Positions 41,320-50,857 of a stretch of DNA of 64,000 bases are shown here, one piece after another (the stretch's first letter is position 1; each line of letters begins with the position of its first letter). The position numbers were made by a program, and so were the translations under genes. Source of the DNA: Sedimentisphaerales bacterium. Lineage in GTDB: Bacteria > Planctomycetota > Phycisphaerae > Sedimentisphaerales > SM23-30. The stretch spans positions 128,001 through 192,000 of the forward strand of contig CAXXMR010000013.1 of assembly GCA_963663805.2 (NCBI GenBank), read 5' to 3'. The notes beneath the pieces were generated by a model. It had not been told where the DNA came from, ran no database searches, and was given only the letters and a program-made list of their open reading frames with translations.

Positions 41320-43122
41320 TTACCTCAAATACAGTTCGAATCCAGCGTTAGCCAAATCTTCCCCATCCGCTTTCAGATCGGATATGCCGTATTTTTTTCG
41401 GCCCCTACCGGCAGGAAATACTTTTGGGTAGTTGGGCACGGTCTTGTTGCTCAGGTACAGCCGGACATCCATGGTTTTTCGGGGGGGAAGCAGGAAGCCG
41501 AAAAGTCTATTAAATGTGTCCTGTCTGTCACTCAGGGCGTGCCAGAATGCGGCGAGTACAGCTCGCAGATAGTGCGGGCTGTGGGCTAACGTACCCACAA
41601 TATTGTCGGGATTGTTCCCTATACATTGGCCATTAGAGTTCCAAATATCCTCGCATAGCTTTTTGAGTTTCGGTAAGCTTATCTCCTCCAACCATCCAAC
41701 AGCATCTTGCACATGAAAAGCCACAGTCCCGCTGTTTGCACAGTCAATCTCTACATCGCTTGGTCTTAGCGAATCCGTTTGGGCTATAGATGCAGGAAGG
41801 TCTGCTATGTCGACAGTCCCGGATTGGTTAAACAACACGACGCTTTCCATCGCATTGCGCAACTCTCGGCAATTTCCTGGCCACGCATAGTTGAACATAA
41901 CTTGACGAGCCGGTCCAGAGATCGACTGCACTTTCTTCCCGTGCTTCGCGCAAAACTCTCGAAGGTATTCCTCGGCCAAGAGGGGAATGTCTTCGGGTCG
42001 CTCACGTAGAGCAGGCAGTACCAGGTGCACAACATTTAGACGGTGAAACAGATCCTCGCGCAACCGCCCCGACTTTAACGCTTCGTCAATACGTTGGTTT
42101 GTTGCAGCGATCACGCGAACGTCGGCTGTTTTTTCCTCAGTTCCTCCGACACGTATGAAGGTATCACTTTCCAAGATTCGAAGTAATTTCACCTGTGCCG
42201 CAGGCAACATCTCGCCAATCTCGTCGAGGAAAAGTGTGCCGCCTTCAGCCGCTTCGAACATACCTTTCTTATCGGATACCGCGCCCGTAAAGGATCCCTT
42301 AACGTGCCCAAACAGCTCACTTTCGAGTAGTGTTTCGGTGATCGCGCCGCAATTGACCGGAACAAAGGGTTTGTCCTTGCGAGGGCTCATGCCATGAATG
42401 GCTCGCGCGACCAGTTCTTTGCCGGTCCCACTATCACCAGTGATCAACACAGGCACCTGTGTTGGGGCTACATCCTGTGCCTGTTGAAAAACACTCTTGA
42501 ATGCAGCCGATTTGGATACAATCCTTTGACATTTTCGGTAGTCTAGTTGATGCCGAAGTTCCTGTTCGAGCTCCGCATTTCTAACCTTTTGTTGCCTGGC
42601 ATCATCCCTGGACCAGATGTAGCCCAGGTACGCACTAATGAGTGTCTGCAGCAGGAAACGATTCCCTTTTCCAAGTAGAAAAACCCTTTGACCAAAGTTG
42701 GCATGTGAGTGTCTCAGATGCTCCGATAGAGCGTTTATCCGATCTTCTTGCTCATCATGTGCCGTGAACAAAAAGAACCATGCTTCAGGCAATTTGCCTG
42801 CCAGCATAGGCAGGAGAATTTTCTGCCCAGCCATAGCTTCGTCCGGGCCTTTTCCCCATTGGTCATCAATGAAAACGAGATCCGGCCTAATATGTCCGGC
42901 CTCCAGACTTTTATCCAGCCATTCTCTTACGGTTCTCGGAGTCAGACGGTCTGTAGGATTGGTAACAAGTTCGATATCAATGGGTTCAGCGGGATCCCAT
43001 GCCAGACGAACTGTGTACTCGTGCCGCCTACGGTGATCATCCTCGAGAGTAACACCCATATCTTCCAGCGATTCGAGGGCCTCAGCTACATGATCGTCCA
43101 ATAGCAATATTTGCGTTTTCAT
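41320..43122 (-). CDS. sigma54-dependent response regulator (receiver + AAA+ enhancer-binding protein)
   Basis: ILLLDD / LVFIDD / FTAH receiver; GDSGTGKE, ESELFGH, GSFTGA, LFLDEIG, WPGNCREL. Confidence 0.93.
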   Translation of the reverse strand: MKTQILLLDDHVAEALESLEDMGVTLEDDHRRRHEYTVRLAWDPAEPIDIELVTNPTDRLTPRTVREWLDKSLEAGHIRPDLVFIDDQWGKGPDEAMAGQKILLPMLAGKLPEAWFFLFTAHDEQEDRINALSEHLRHSHANFGQRVFLLGKGNRFLLQTLISAYLGYIWSRDDARQQKVRNAELEQELRHQLDYRKCQRIVSKSAAFKSVFQQAQDVAPTQVPVLITGDSGTGKELVARAIHGMSPRKDKPFVPVNCGAITETLLESELFGHVKGSFTGAVSDKKGMFEAAEGGTLFLDEIGEMLPAAQVKLLRILESDTFIRVGGTEEKTADVRVIAATNQRIDEALKSGRLREDLFHRLNVVHLVLPALRERPEDIPLLAEEYLREFCAKHGKKVQSISGPARQVMFNYAWPGNCRELRNAMESVVLFNQSGTVDIADLPASIAQTDSLRPSDVEIDCANSGTVAFHVQDAVGWLEEISLPKLKKLCEDIWNSNGQCIGNNPDNIVGTLAHSPHYLRAVLAAFWHALSDRQDTFNRLFGFLLPPRKTMDVRLYLSNKTVPNYPKVFPAGRGRKKYGISDLKADGEDLANAGFELYLR

Positions 43123-44879
43123 TTGTCTTCTCCGTCAGTTATCGCAATTTGAACCTTCGCTCTCAGTGAACCCATAGCCCTACCGTCCTCTGACCTCCAT
43201 TCCCATTGTGGCAGCCGGTAAGACTCACACGCCTCCGTCGCAGCGTGCAGCAGGTACACCCCAATCCAGTCAGTATCAGGCCTTTGGGTCAGCTGCCCAG
43301 CCAGTTGTCGCGCCTCTTGTTCCGGCATTCCGCAAGCGTTTTGAACGTTGAGATATACCCCTCGGCCATCTCTGGAGAGCCAAACACGGATATAAGCAGC
43401 CTGGCCCGGGATGTTGTATTTCAGAGCGTTTGTGAGTAGACCATCTAGCACTGCACGCATCTGTCTGGGACTGAAGGATAGTTTTTCCCAGCATTTAATG
43501 CTGTCATCATCTTGATAGATGGTGATAAACAAGGATCGATTCGGTGATATGCGCACCACCATGTCTGCATAATCTCCCTTGGAATCCTCCAGGATCGAAC
43601 AGAGAACAGCTAAGGCATCACGGAAGTCTTTTAGGAAATCTTCCGCAGTCGCAGTGACCAGTTGTTCCATTTTCCCTTTCGATATCAACTTGACGAATGA
43701 TTCCAAGTCCAGAAGCTGGTTTACCGACCAGAGCAGTGACTGCCTACTGCCATCTGATGTCTCCGGAAGGTGCCGGATAAGTCGTTTCAGCCCTGTCAGA
43801 GGTATTTTCAGAGCGTGATTCGCATAGGCCAGAGACCGTCGTTGTTCTTGGGCTCTAGCTCTTATGGCGAGATCAAAAGTGGCCTTTTCTCTTGCCCAAG
43901 AAGTCACCAGCTGCAACCAGCTATTCAGTGGTATCCCGGGTTTGTCTCCTGTGTAATGCAGTAGAAAGCCTCCGGCTGCCATCGGCTTGCCATCCTCAAT
44001 CTGGGCGATGCCCGGCACAATTGCGATCCGCGAGTCCCGCATTGAATCCGGAACCAGAAAGGCTTGGACAGCAAGGTTAGATAAGAGAATACGGATATCC
44101 CGCGATGTTTCTTTTGACTCCAGTTCCTGCAACAATAGACCTGAACCATGAATCAACCGCTCGGGGTATTGCCCCATAGTCTCGAATGCTCGATCCGGAA
44201 ACTTGACATAGGCTTCTCCTGCCGCCTTTGCCTTTTCTGAAGTGGCCAACAGATTGCGAACAGGCTCTTCAAGGTTGCTGATAGTATCTGCCAGTGAGAT
44301 GATATCCCCAGACTTTGGCCTATGCTTCAGCGGATATTGACTTCGGAATTCGTCCAACAATCCATGCAGCGGCCGGCACACCTCCATTGCCAACGACTGA
44401 TTCACGTGGATGGTTACTATCTCGGGTGTAAATACCGCGCCCGGATCTTCTGCCTGATCTGTCTCTATTCTGGCCCGAACTTTTCTTTCCACCTTGAAGA
44501 AATATTTTCCCTTAAGATCAAAGCGGATGACTACAAGGTCTCGCCGGGGGGTCAGCTCAAAGAAGAATCTTGCCAACGAAAAACGCTGCGCCCGTTCCTC
44601 AAAAGCCTGATGAACGAATATCCCGTAATTTCTATACCAGTCAAAAATCTCCTCTGTCAGGATAATCATCGGAACGTGGCGATGATTGTACTTGCGGCTT
44701 TCCGATCGCCAGTCCCAGTCAATAAGATTGACAGAGTGAATTCTGTCTGACAACCATCCGACTTCTTTCAGACGATTGATCATGACATTAAGCGCGGAGA
44801 AACGCTGAACCTCGTCAGTGTTGGCTGAGGAATAGAAAGATTCATAATCTATCGGCGCTGTCAACTGTGCCGGGATCAT
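43119..44879 (-). CDS. soluble histidine-kinase-like protein with degenerate ATP lid
   Basis: H-box AYANHALKIPL; N-box LLTNALKY; G1 replaced by VQNACG and G2 by WIGV; no clear TM helix; ATGA overlaps on both sides. Confidence 0.7.
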   Translation of the reverse strand: MIPAQLTAPIDYESFYSSANTDEVQRFSALNVMINRLKEVGWLSDRIHSVNLIDWDWRSESRKYNHRHVPMIILTEEIFDWYRNYGIFVHQAFEERAQRFSLARFFFELTPRRDLVVIRFDLKGKYFFKVERKVRARIETDQAEDPGAVFTPEIVTIHVNQSLAMEVCRPLHGLLDEFRSQYPLKHRPKSGDIISLADTISNLEEPVRNLLATSEKAKAAGEAYVKFPDRAFETMGQYPERLIHGSGLLLQELESKETSRDIRILLSNLAVQAFLVPDSMRDSRIAIVPGIAQIEDGKPMAAGGFLLHYTGDKPGIPLNSWLQLVTSWAREKATFDLAIRARAQEQRRSLAYANHALKIPLTGLKRLIRHLPETSDGSRQSLLWSVNQLLDLESFVKLISKGKMEQLVTATAEDFLKDFRDALAVLCSILEDSKGDYADMVVRISPNRSLFITIYQDDDSIKCWEKLSFSPRQMRAVLDGLLTNALKYNIPGQAAYIRVWLSRDGRGVYLNVQNACGMPEQEARQLAGQLTQRPDTDWIGVYLLHAATEACESYRLPQWEWRSEDGRAMGSLRAKVQIAITDGEDK

Positions 44880-46057
44880 ATTTCTGGTCCTGTCAAATAG
44901 CTGTTCAAGTTTATTTTGTCAGAGTTTATGTTCTTACGAAACAGTTCAATTTCCGAGATGATAATCTTACATACAGTGTTTATCATACTCTCCGGCAGGT
45001 TGGATACGTGCCGGTTCCGTTCCGCAACTAGAGACAGTAAATCAGGCAGAACGTCAATTAATACATCGGTCTTCCAGTCTAACCGAGCCAACAATCTGCG
45101 AGTCAAACTGCGCATTACGTGTTGCCGTCCACCCGATCCGCCTGGTTTTGCGCCGTCTGCTATTGCAAAAGTTACCGCTCGAAGATAATCTGAGCAGATA
45201 TCTGCTTGGCATTTTTGGTCCCTCTGCAGAATTGGGCTTAGCAGGCAATGCGTTTCCAAGAATGCCGAGACGTCACGAAGAGGTGTCAGCTCATATATAT
45301 GCGATAGACCTGAACTGACAAATGACACTCGTTCTACTCCAATTCCAGCCTCACAGAATGCTCGGGGCATCTCCCGTAAACTTTCGTCATCACGTAAGTA
45401 TTTCAGGAATACGCAGGTGCCAATCTCAACATATCGTTGAGGCAAACAGTCTGGTTGGGGAGTATTATCGATAGGACAGCTTGACTTTGAACCCCGGTCG
45501 ATGTATATCTCAAGCGAAGGACCATACGCTATGTCGCGTTCCGTATTCCCAAAAAAATTACTGTTTACGCCACAAATATGAATCTGTGAAGGAGAGATTC
45601 CTAAATCCGAAAGGCTTCTTTGAGAACTTTCGTCGGCAGGAATCTTACGACCCATGAATTCTCCACCGCCAAAAACGGTAAATACCAGTCTATTGATGTC
45701 AAAACCTATTTCTCTAGTTAAAAACTCAACAAGATTGTGAATAACCTCAGTCTGGCTGCGGTCACCGGAACTGATTGCTCCTGCCATTTCAAAGAACGAC
45801 AGGTGGTTTGTGTAGCCTGAATTGACGATATCGAATTGCCTTAGACATCTTTGGACCATGCAGAAGTCTTCAAAATGGGTAGATTGTGCGTGCGGAGTCA
45901 GTACTGCCTTGAGTTGTAGCAGACCGACGCTCAAAACAAAGGTTGTACTCAATTCCGGAATGACCAAGGGCGCCGAATAGGATGGGCGATATCCCGCCCT
46001 TGAAAAGTAATCCATGAAAGTTTTTTTAACTCGCTCAATTTGCATCCAGCTCTCCAC
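44876..46057 (-). CDS. alanyl-tRNA synthetase-like protein (catalytic and helical domains only)
   Basis: F.DYF, SAPLV, QRCLR, HLSFFEM.G, GPSLEIYIDRG, YVEI...VF, GIGVER, DYLRAVTFAIADG..P. 393 aa, with no editing or C-Ala domain. Confidence 0.85.
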   Translation of the reverse strand: MESWMQIERVKKTFMDYFSRAGYRPSYSAPLVIPELSTTFVLSVGLLQLKAVLTPHAQSTHFEDFCMVQRCLRQFDIVNSGYTNHLSFFEMAGAISSGDRSQTEVIHNLVEFLTREIGFDINRLVFTVFGGGEFMGRKIPADESSQRSLSDLGISPSQIHICGVNSNFFGNTERDIAYGPSLEIYIDRGSKSSCPIDNTPQPDCLPQRYVEIGTCVFLKYLRDDESLREMPRAFCEAGIGVERVSFVSSGLSHIYELTPLRDVSAFLETHCLLSPILQRDQKCQADICSDYLRAVTFAIADGAKPGGSGGRQHVMRSLTRRLLARLDWKTDVLIDVLPDLLSLVAERNRHVSNLPESMINTVCKIIISEIELFRKNINSDKINLNSYLTGPEI

Positions 46058-46061
46058 ACAC

Positions 46062-47162
46062 CTATTTCATAAAAGTCACGAGGCGAATAGAAGGTAGAAT
46101 GTCGCCATTCTTGTGAATGGTCATCTTTTCTCCCACTCCCTGATATTCGTTAAGTCGCCTGATCGCGTCTGCAATGTGATCCAGATCAAGGGGCAGTTCC
46201 TGTATGTTGTCGCAGAGGAGTTTCAATGAATTATACGCGATTAGTGCTGACGCATCAATATCTTTGTCAAATCTGGCCCTGTAATCTTCCGCAACCCCTC
46301 GGTATTCAGCATTATCAGTCATCAAATCAAATTGTGAATGGATTACTCCTGCTGCATAGTCACCCGCAGCCTCAATTGCGCCAGGAACAAGCACAAACCC
46401 GAGACCAGTATAAATCCTGCCGGTAAAGCCATATTCTCGAAGCCTTCGTATAACAAGTCCGAGGTCTTTCCCAATACCAATGATCACCACGGCATGAGGG
46501 TTACCCGCCAAGGCTTGTTGGGCCAGGATACGGGCATCCACCGAGCCTCGGTCATATGGAACATCTGCCAGCAAATGCAAAGACTTTGTATCCAGGATTT
46601 GACGTACAGATCGAGCGAATGCCGAACCATAGTCATTGTTCTCATAAACGATGGAGATTCCATCCGTTAAACTTACTGTAAGTAGGTCGGCTACAATGGC
46701 CTGTGCCTCTTGGTCTGCAGTCTGTGAATGGCGAAATGTGAACTGCGCATTATCCGTGATAGATGGATGCGATGCGTTTGCAAAAAGAAGTACGCCTTCC
46801 TGTTCCGCAAGGGGCTTGAGTGCCATGGATACGCCGCTCACTGTTGTGATTACGATGCGAGTTCTCTCGACGTCCACTAGCTTGCGGAATGCGCCGACGG
46901 AAGTTTGGGGAACGGCGGCGCCATCCTCGGCGACCAACTTGACCTGGAAAGGAAGCTCGCCCCACCGGCCAGAATTGGCATGTTCTTCGGCGAGTCTCAA
47001 GCCGTTTAGAGTGCCCTCCCCAAGGAAGGCGGCGGGACCCGATAGCGGCAGGACCGTACCGACGACAATGGTGTGCCCAGAGGGCCCTGGACGGGTAACC
47101 TTCCAGATGATCGTCCCGGCCACAACGACTATCACGAGGGCGATAGCGAGCGATTTCTTCAT
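46062..47162 (-). CDS. ABC transporter substrate-binding protein (LivJ/LivK-like)
   Basis: N-terminal anchor; VGTVLPLSGPAAFLG, YENNDYG, AYNS...NGD. Confidence 0.88.
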   Translation of the reverse strand: MKKSLAIALVIVVVAGTIIWKVTRPGPSGHTIVVGTVLPLSGPAAFLGEGTLNGLRLAEEHANSGRWGELPFQVKLVAEDGAAVPQTSVGAFRKLVDVERTRIVITTVSGVSMALKPLAEQEGVLLFANASHPSITDNAQFTFRHSQTADQEAQAIVADLLTVSLTDGISIVYENNDYGSAFARSVRQILDTKSLHLLADVPYDRGSVDARILAQQALAGNPHAVVIIGIGKDLGLVIRRLREYGFTGRIYTGLGFVLVPGAIEAAGDYAAGVIHSQFDLMTDNAEYRGVAEDYRARFDKDIDASALIAYNSLKLLCDNIQELPLDLDHIADAIRRLNEYQGVGEKMTIHKNGDILPSIRLVTFMK

Positions 47163-47857
47163 GGTGCTGTTCCTTTCATAATTGGGCCGTCGACGGCTTC
47201 CACCGTCGCCAGCTTACCTTCGGTCATTTCCGCATGCAGGTCGATCAGGCCGTTGCTAAGCCTGTTGACCGAGTGTTCCACCACAATCAGGATGACTCCA
47301 GCCGACTTGCGAGTATGCAGACAGTCAAGGACAGCCAAGGCCGATTCACCACTCAGGCCTGCCATGGGCTCATCTAATAGCAGGACAGGGGGATCACCCA
47401 GCGTCGCCATAGCAAGGGCCAGAACCTTCCGCTGACCGCCACTGAGCAGCCCCGCACGTTTGTTCCAGAGCGGCTGGAGCAGCGGGAACTGTCCCCATAC
47501 CATATCCTCACAAGTGGAGGCAACCAGATTTCGTCCTGTTGCGGCCAGTTTTACGTTGCTGCGAACATTGAGTCCGTCAAAGATGTTCTGGGTCTGCATC
47601 TGAAAACCGATCCAGTCGCGAATAGCCTGCCCTACCCGGTTGACGGGTTGGGCCAACCCATTCCATGAGACGTTTCCCTCCGTAGCAGGAATAAGTCCCG
47701 CCAACACCTTGAGCACAGTGGACTTGCCCGAACCGTTGTGGCCGTGAATCAAAAGCACTTGCCCCTCATCCAGTCCGAAACTCACGCCATGAAGCACTTC
47801 ATTTCCATTGGCGTTGCGGTACGTGGCGTGCAGGTTGTCCACATCCAGCCGTGCCAT
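47159..47857 (-). CDS. ABC ATP-binding subunit (LivF-like)
   Basis: GHNGSGKST, AGLLSGGQ, LLLDEP, VEH. Confidence 0.9.
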   Translation of the reverse strand: MARLDVDNLHATYRNANGNEVLHGVSFGLDEGQVLLIHGHNGSGKSTVLKVLAGLIPATEGNVSWNGLAQPVNRVGQAIRDWIGFQMQTQNIFDGLNVRSNVKLAATGRNLVASTCEDMVWGQFPLLQPLWNKRAGLLSGGQRKVLALAMATLGDPPVLLLDEPMAGLSGESALAVLDCLHTRKSAGVILIVVEHSVNRLSNGLIDLHAEMTEGKLATVEAVDGPIMKGTAP

Positions 47858-48603
47858 CAGGGCGCCTCCTGTAGGTCCAACACGCTGCCTTCGTGAAGCT
47901 CAACAATACGATCTGTCAGGCCCTTGAGCATCTCGCGGTCGTGTTCAACGACGACCATGCCGACCCCTTCTTTGCGAATGCACTTCAGCAAATCCATCAT
48001 GCGACCGATCAGAGCCGGCGCAATACCGGCCATCGGCTCATCCAGCAGAATAACCTGCCGCCTTGGTCGGGCCAGTATCCGAGCCAGCGCCAGCAGTTTC
48101 ATCTGACCGTAGCTCAGTTCGCCAGCCACGTCTTCCGTGCGGTCACGAAGGCCGACGAAGTCAAGCAACTCATCGCAACGGATGCGAACGGCACTGCGAA
48201 GCTTGCCTGACAGACACCACCGCAAGGTGCCGCCAATCGACCTATCCAGACGGGCTTCGGTGGCGGCCGTTAGTACGTGCTCGCGAACCGTCAGATTGCG
48301 CCAGATGTGCGGATGCTGAAAGTAGTGCAGCAGCCCATGTTGGGCGCGTTTCCAGACGGGCCAACGGGTAATATCACGCAAACCCGATCCATTTGCCGCA
48401 AGAAGTACCTGGCCTTTATCTGGGCGGTCAGCCCCTGAAATCAGGTTCAGCAAAGACGTTTTCCCACTGCCGTTTTCACCCACAATACCGACGCTCTGTC
48501 CCCGTACCACCTCCAAGGAGGCTTGGTCAAGTACGGCCAACCCGTCGAAGTGACGGGTTAGGCTGTCAGCTTTGAGCAAGAGTGCGTCGGACATCCGGTT
48601 CAC
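47857..48603 (-). CDS. ABC ATP-binding subunit (LivG-like)
   Basis: GENGSGKT, AGELSYGQ, ILLDEP, VEHD. Confidence 0.9.
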   Translation of the reverse strand: MNRMSDALLLKADSLTRHFDGLAVLDQASLEVVRGQSVGIVGENGSGKTSLLNLISGADRPDKGQVLLAANGSGLRDITRWPVWKRAQHGLLHYFQHPHIWRNLTVREHVLTAATEARLDRSIGGTLRWCLSGKLRSAVRIRCDELLDFVGLRDRTEDVAGELSYGQMKLLALARILARPRRQVILLDEPMAGIAPALIGRMMDLLKCIRKEGVGMVVVEHDREMLKGLTDRIVELHEGSVLDLQEAP

Positions 48604-48604
48604 C

Positions 48605-49471
48605 TCAATCCAGAGCGTATCGCCCAGCCAGCCCCTGGGGGCGATAGCGCATCAACAGTATGACCGCCACACCGAAGGCGATGTTGCGAATGTTTGCGGC
48701 ATAGGCCGCTGAAATGTCCAGGAACCGCAGCCATTCCGGCAGCGCGATGACGAAGACAGCGCCCAGCAAGGGCCCTCGTGTATTGCAGGTTCCTCCGCAG
48801 ACCAGCGCCAGCAGCAGCACGATGGACTCATCGACCGTGAAGGAGTTTGGGTCGATATACTGCATGTAGCTCGCGAACAGCCCGCCAGCTAACGCGATGA
48901 TAACGCTGGACAACAGGAACGACTCGATACGAATCCACGGCACGTTCTTTCCGATGGCAAGGGCGGCCAACTCGTCATCGCGGGAGGCCTGAAGGGCCAA
49001 GGCCCAAGGCGAGCGGTGGATGCCCAAGCAGGCAACAACCACGATGGCCAGAAAGACCGCCGTGAGCAGCCAGAACCACGGCAACGCATCGGCCCCTACC
49101 CCGATCCATTCCGGCCGGGAAATGGCCTTAACGCCCAGCGTCCCGCCAAACAGCGCAGTATTGCGGATAACAGCGAGAACCAATACCTGAAACGCCAGAC
49201 TTGCCAGCGCGAACGATGTGCGGCGATAACGTAGCGTACCCAAGCCGATGATCAGGGCCATTGCAACCGAGACCAACACCGCTGCTGCGACCGCTGGGCC
49301 AAAGCCCAGCCCCAGCCTTGTCATGGTCAGGGCTGTTGCGTAGCTACCGACAGCGAAACTCGCTGCGACCGCAAGATTCAACAGGCCCGCGTACCCCACC
49401 GTCAGGTTGTTTCCCAGGCACAGCAGGGCGTAGATGTTGATCAGGATCAGTACGTTCCAGAGAAAATTCAT
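48605..49471 (-). CDS. ABC permease (LivM-like)
   Basis: GYAGLLNL..AASFAVGSY, SPW...ASRDDE.AA..IG, MRYRPQGL; start MNFLWNV overlaps the upstream stop. Confidence 0.9.
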   Translation of the reverse strand: MNFLWNVLILINIYALLCLGNNLTVGYAGLLNLAVAASFAVGSYATALTMTRLGLGFGPAVAAAVLVSVAMALIIGLGTLRYRRTSFALASLAFQVLVLAVIRNTALFGGTLGVKAISRPEWIGVGADALPWFWLLTAVFLAIVVVACLGIHRSPWALALQASRDDELAALAIGKNVPWIRIESFLLSSVIIALAGGLFASYMQYIDPNSFTVDESIVLLLALVCGGTCNTRGPLLGAVFVIALPEWLRFLDISAAYAANIRNIAFGVAVILLMRYRPQGLAGRYALD

Positions 49472-50352
49472 ACCACTTCCTCCACACGACGATGTGGCGC
49501 GAACAGTCCCGCCGGCCGAAAGACTAGGAATCCTGTAAGAACGGCAAAAGAGACGGCGGATTCCCACCTCGGGGAGACGAAGTACCCGAAAACCTGTTGA
49601 AGGCTGGCCAGAAGGACGGCAACGAATAGCAGGCCGCGGTATGAGCCTGGCCCGACGGCTACGACGATCACCAAGGCACTGAGCAGACCGGCCATTCCCA
49701 TCCCGGGTTCGATCCCGGTGTCCATCGCGGATAGGCATCCTGCGATTCCGCCCGCGGCAGAACTTGCGAGGATGCAGGCGGTACGGATGTGCATAACGTT
49801 CCAGCCACACACCCTGAGCAGATCGGGGGTGTCTTTCATCGCTTTGATCGCATGACCGTATCGGCTGGGCAGGATAAATAATGACGCCACAAATACGGCT
49901 GCTGCTGCCGTCACCATCGTTAGCTGTGGCAACGTGATGACCATACCGCTAGCCGTAAAGGAGTGCCGTTGTGCCTCTATCACCATCTGCTGGCTATTGA
50001 AAAGTCCTGCCAAGATGTTGATCAGCACTAGGTAGGCAGCAAAAGAGCTAATGGCCACTGCGAGAAGCGACGAGCGACGGGATTCAAGTGGGCGGTACAC
50101 CAGAATCTCGACCAGTAGGCCGACCAGCATAGCCAGTGTGACACCGGCCGCCCATGCGATGGGCACGGGCCAACTGAGCCGGTTAACCGACAGAGTCATG
50201 GTATAGCCCGCCACGGCCGCTATGCCGCCCAATGCCGCATGGAAGATACGCAGCGGAAAAAACGCCAAGGCCAACGCCAAGGCGTACAGGTAGTGCAACC
50301 CACTTAGTGCGGCAACATTCACAATCATCTGTGCCCATACAGTCAAATCCAT
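49468..50352 (-). CDS. ABC permease (LivH-like)
   Basis: EILVYRPL, SRYGHAIKA, FRPAGLF; AAGGAG RBS. Confidence 0.88.
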   Translation of the reverse strand: MDLTVWAQMIVNVAALSGLHYLYALALALAFFPLRIFHAALGGIAAVAGYTMTLSVNRLSWPVPIAWAAGVTLAMLVGLLVEILVYRPLESRRSSLLAVAISSFAAYLVLINILAGLFNSQQMVIEAQRHSFTASGMVITLPQLTMVTAAAAVFVASLFILPSRYGHAIKAMKDTPDLLRVCGWNVMHIRTACILASSAAGGIAGCLSAMDTGIEPGMGMAGLLSALVIVVAVGPGSYRGLLFVAVLLASLQQVFGYFVSPRWESAVSFAVLTGFLVFRPAGLFAPHRRVEEVV

Positions 50353-50426
50353 CTTCTCCTTTTCGGAGGACGCACACCTAAAGCGGCTAGAGCCAAGTCT
50401 AGATTGAGTATTCTACCATGACTGTT

Positions 50427-50443
50427 CGCAAACGGTATGCCAA
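50427..50443 (-). promoter_or_regulatory. sigma54 promoter of the ABC-AlaRS-like-HK-EBP operon
   Basis: Minus strand TTGGCATACCGTTTGCG, about 75 bp upstream of the first start codon. Confidence 0.8.
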
Positions 50444-50542
50444 ATTTTGCGAGTCAAAGAAAAAACGTAAATGCCTTAATTGGAATACTTTGCGAGTTGT
50501 GGCCACCTTGGTCGGATGACTGGCTCAACGGCATCGTGTAAT

Positions 50543-50684
50543 AATCTCATTACTTTGAAATGAGGACGTTGCCGAGTAACGTTACCGTTCGAAGACAAAT
50601 TTCATCAAGGGGAACTTCTGCTGTGCTGATTACTCATTGTATAGAAAGGACTTATCGCTTCCAATGAGATTTGAAGGCTCATTT
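50543..50684. promoter_or_regulatory. candidate enhancer (UAS) region with repeated CTCATT/AATGAG half-sites
   Basis: CTCATT-N7-AATGAG near 50546, CTCATT near 50633, AATGAG-N9-CTCATT near 50663, all between the two divergent sigma54 promoters. Confidence 0.5.
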
Positions 50685-50691
50685 GTACCGC

Positions 50692-50708
50692 TTGGCATAC
50701 GGTTTGCT
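50692..50708 (+). promoter_or_regulatory. sigma54 promoter of the Cys-rich repeat gene
   Basis: TTGGCATACGGTTTGCT. Confidence 0.8.
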
Positions 50709-50857
50709 TAATTAAATGCTGTTCTCCCTTGGAACGTGAGGAACGGTGTGATATTGTTCAATTCATATTGTCAGCCCGAGACCGGCCGATTGCGAAATGG
50801 TCATACCTGGACTGAATGACGGCTGGCTTTGGGTTAGCTCTGGAAGGGAATAACACG

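Noticed and set aside
44876..46057. Housekeeping alaS
   Set aside because: Less than half the usual length, no editing domain, substituted pocket residues, and a non-housekeeping context.
48605..49810. 401-aa LivM with a long Arg-rich N-terminus (and the 636-aa version of 14332..16242)
   Set aside because: The extensions overlap the upstream gene in another frame; internal starts at 49471 and 16107 fit better.
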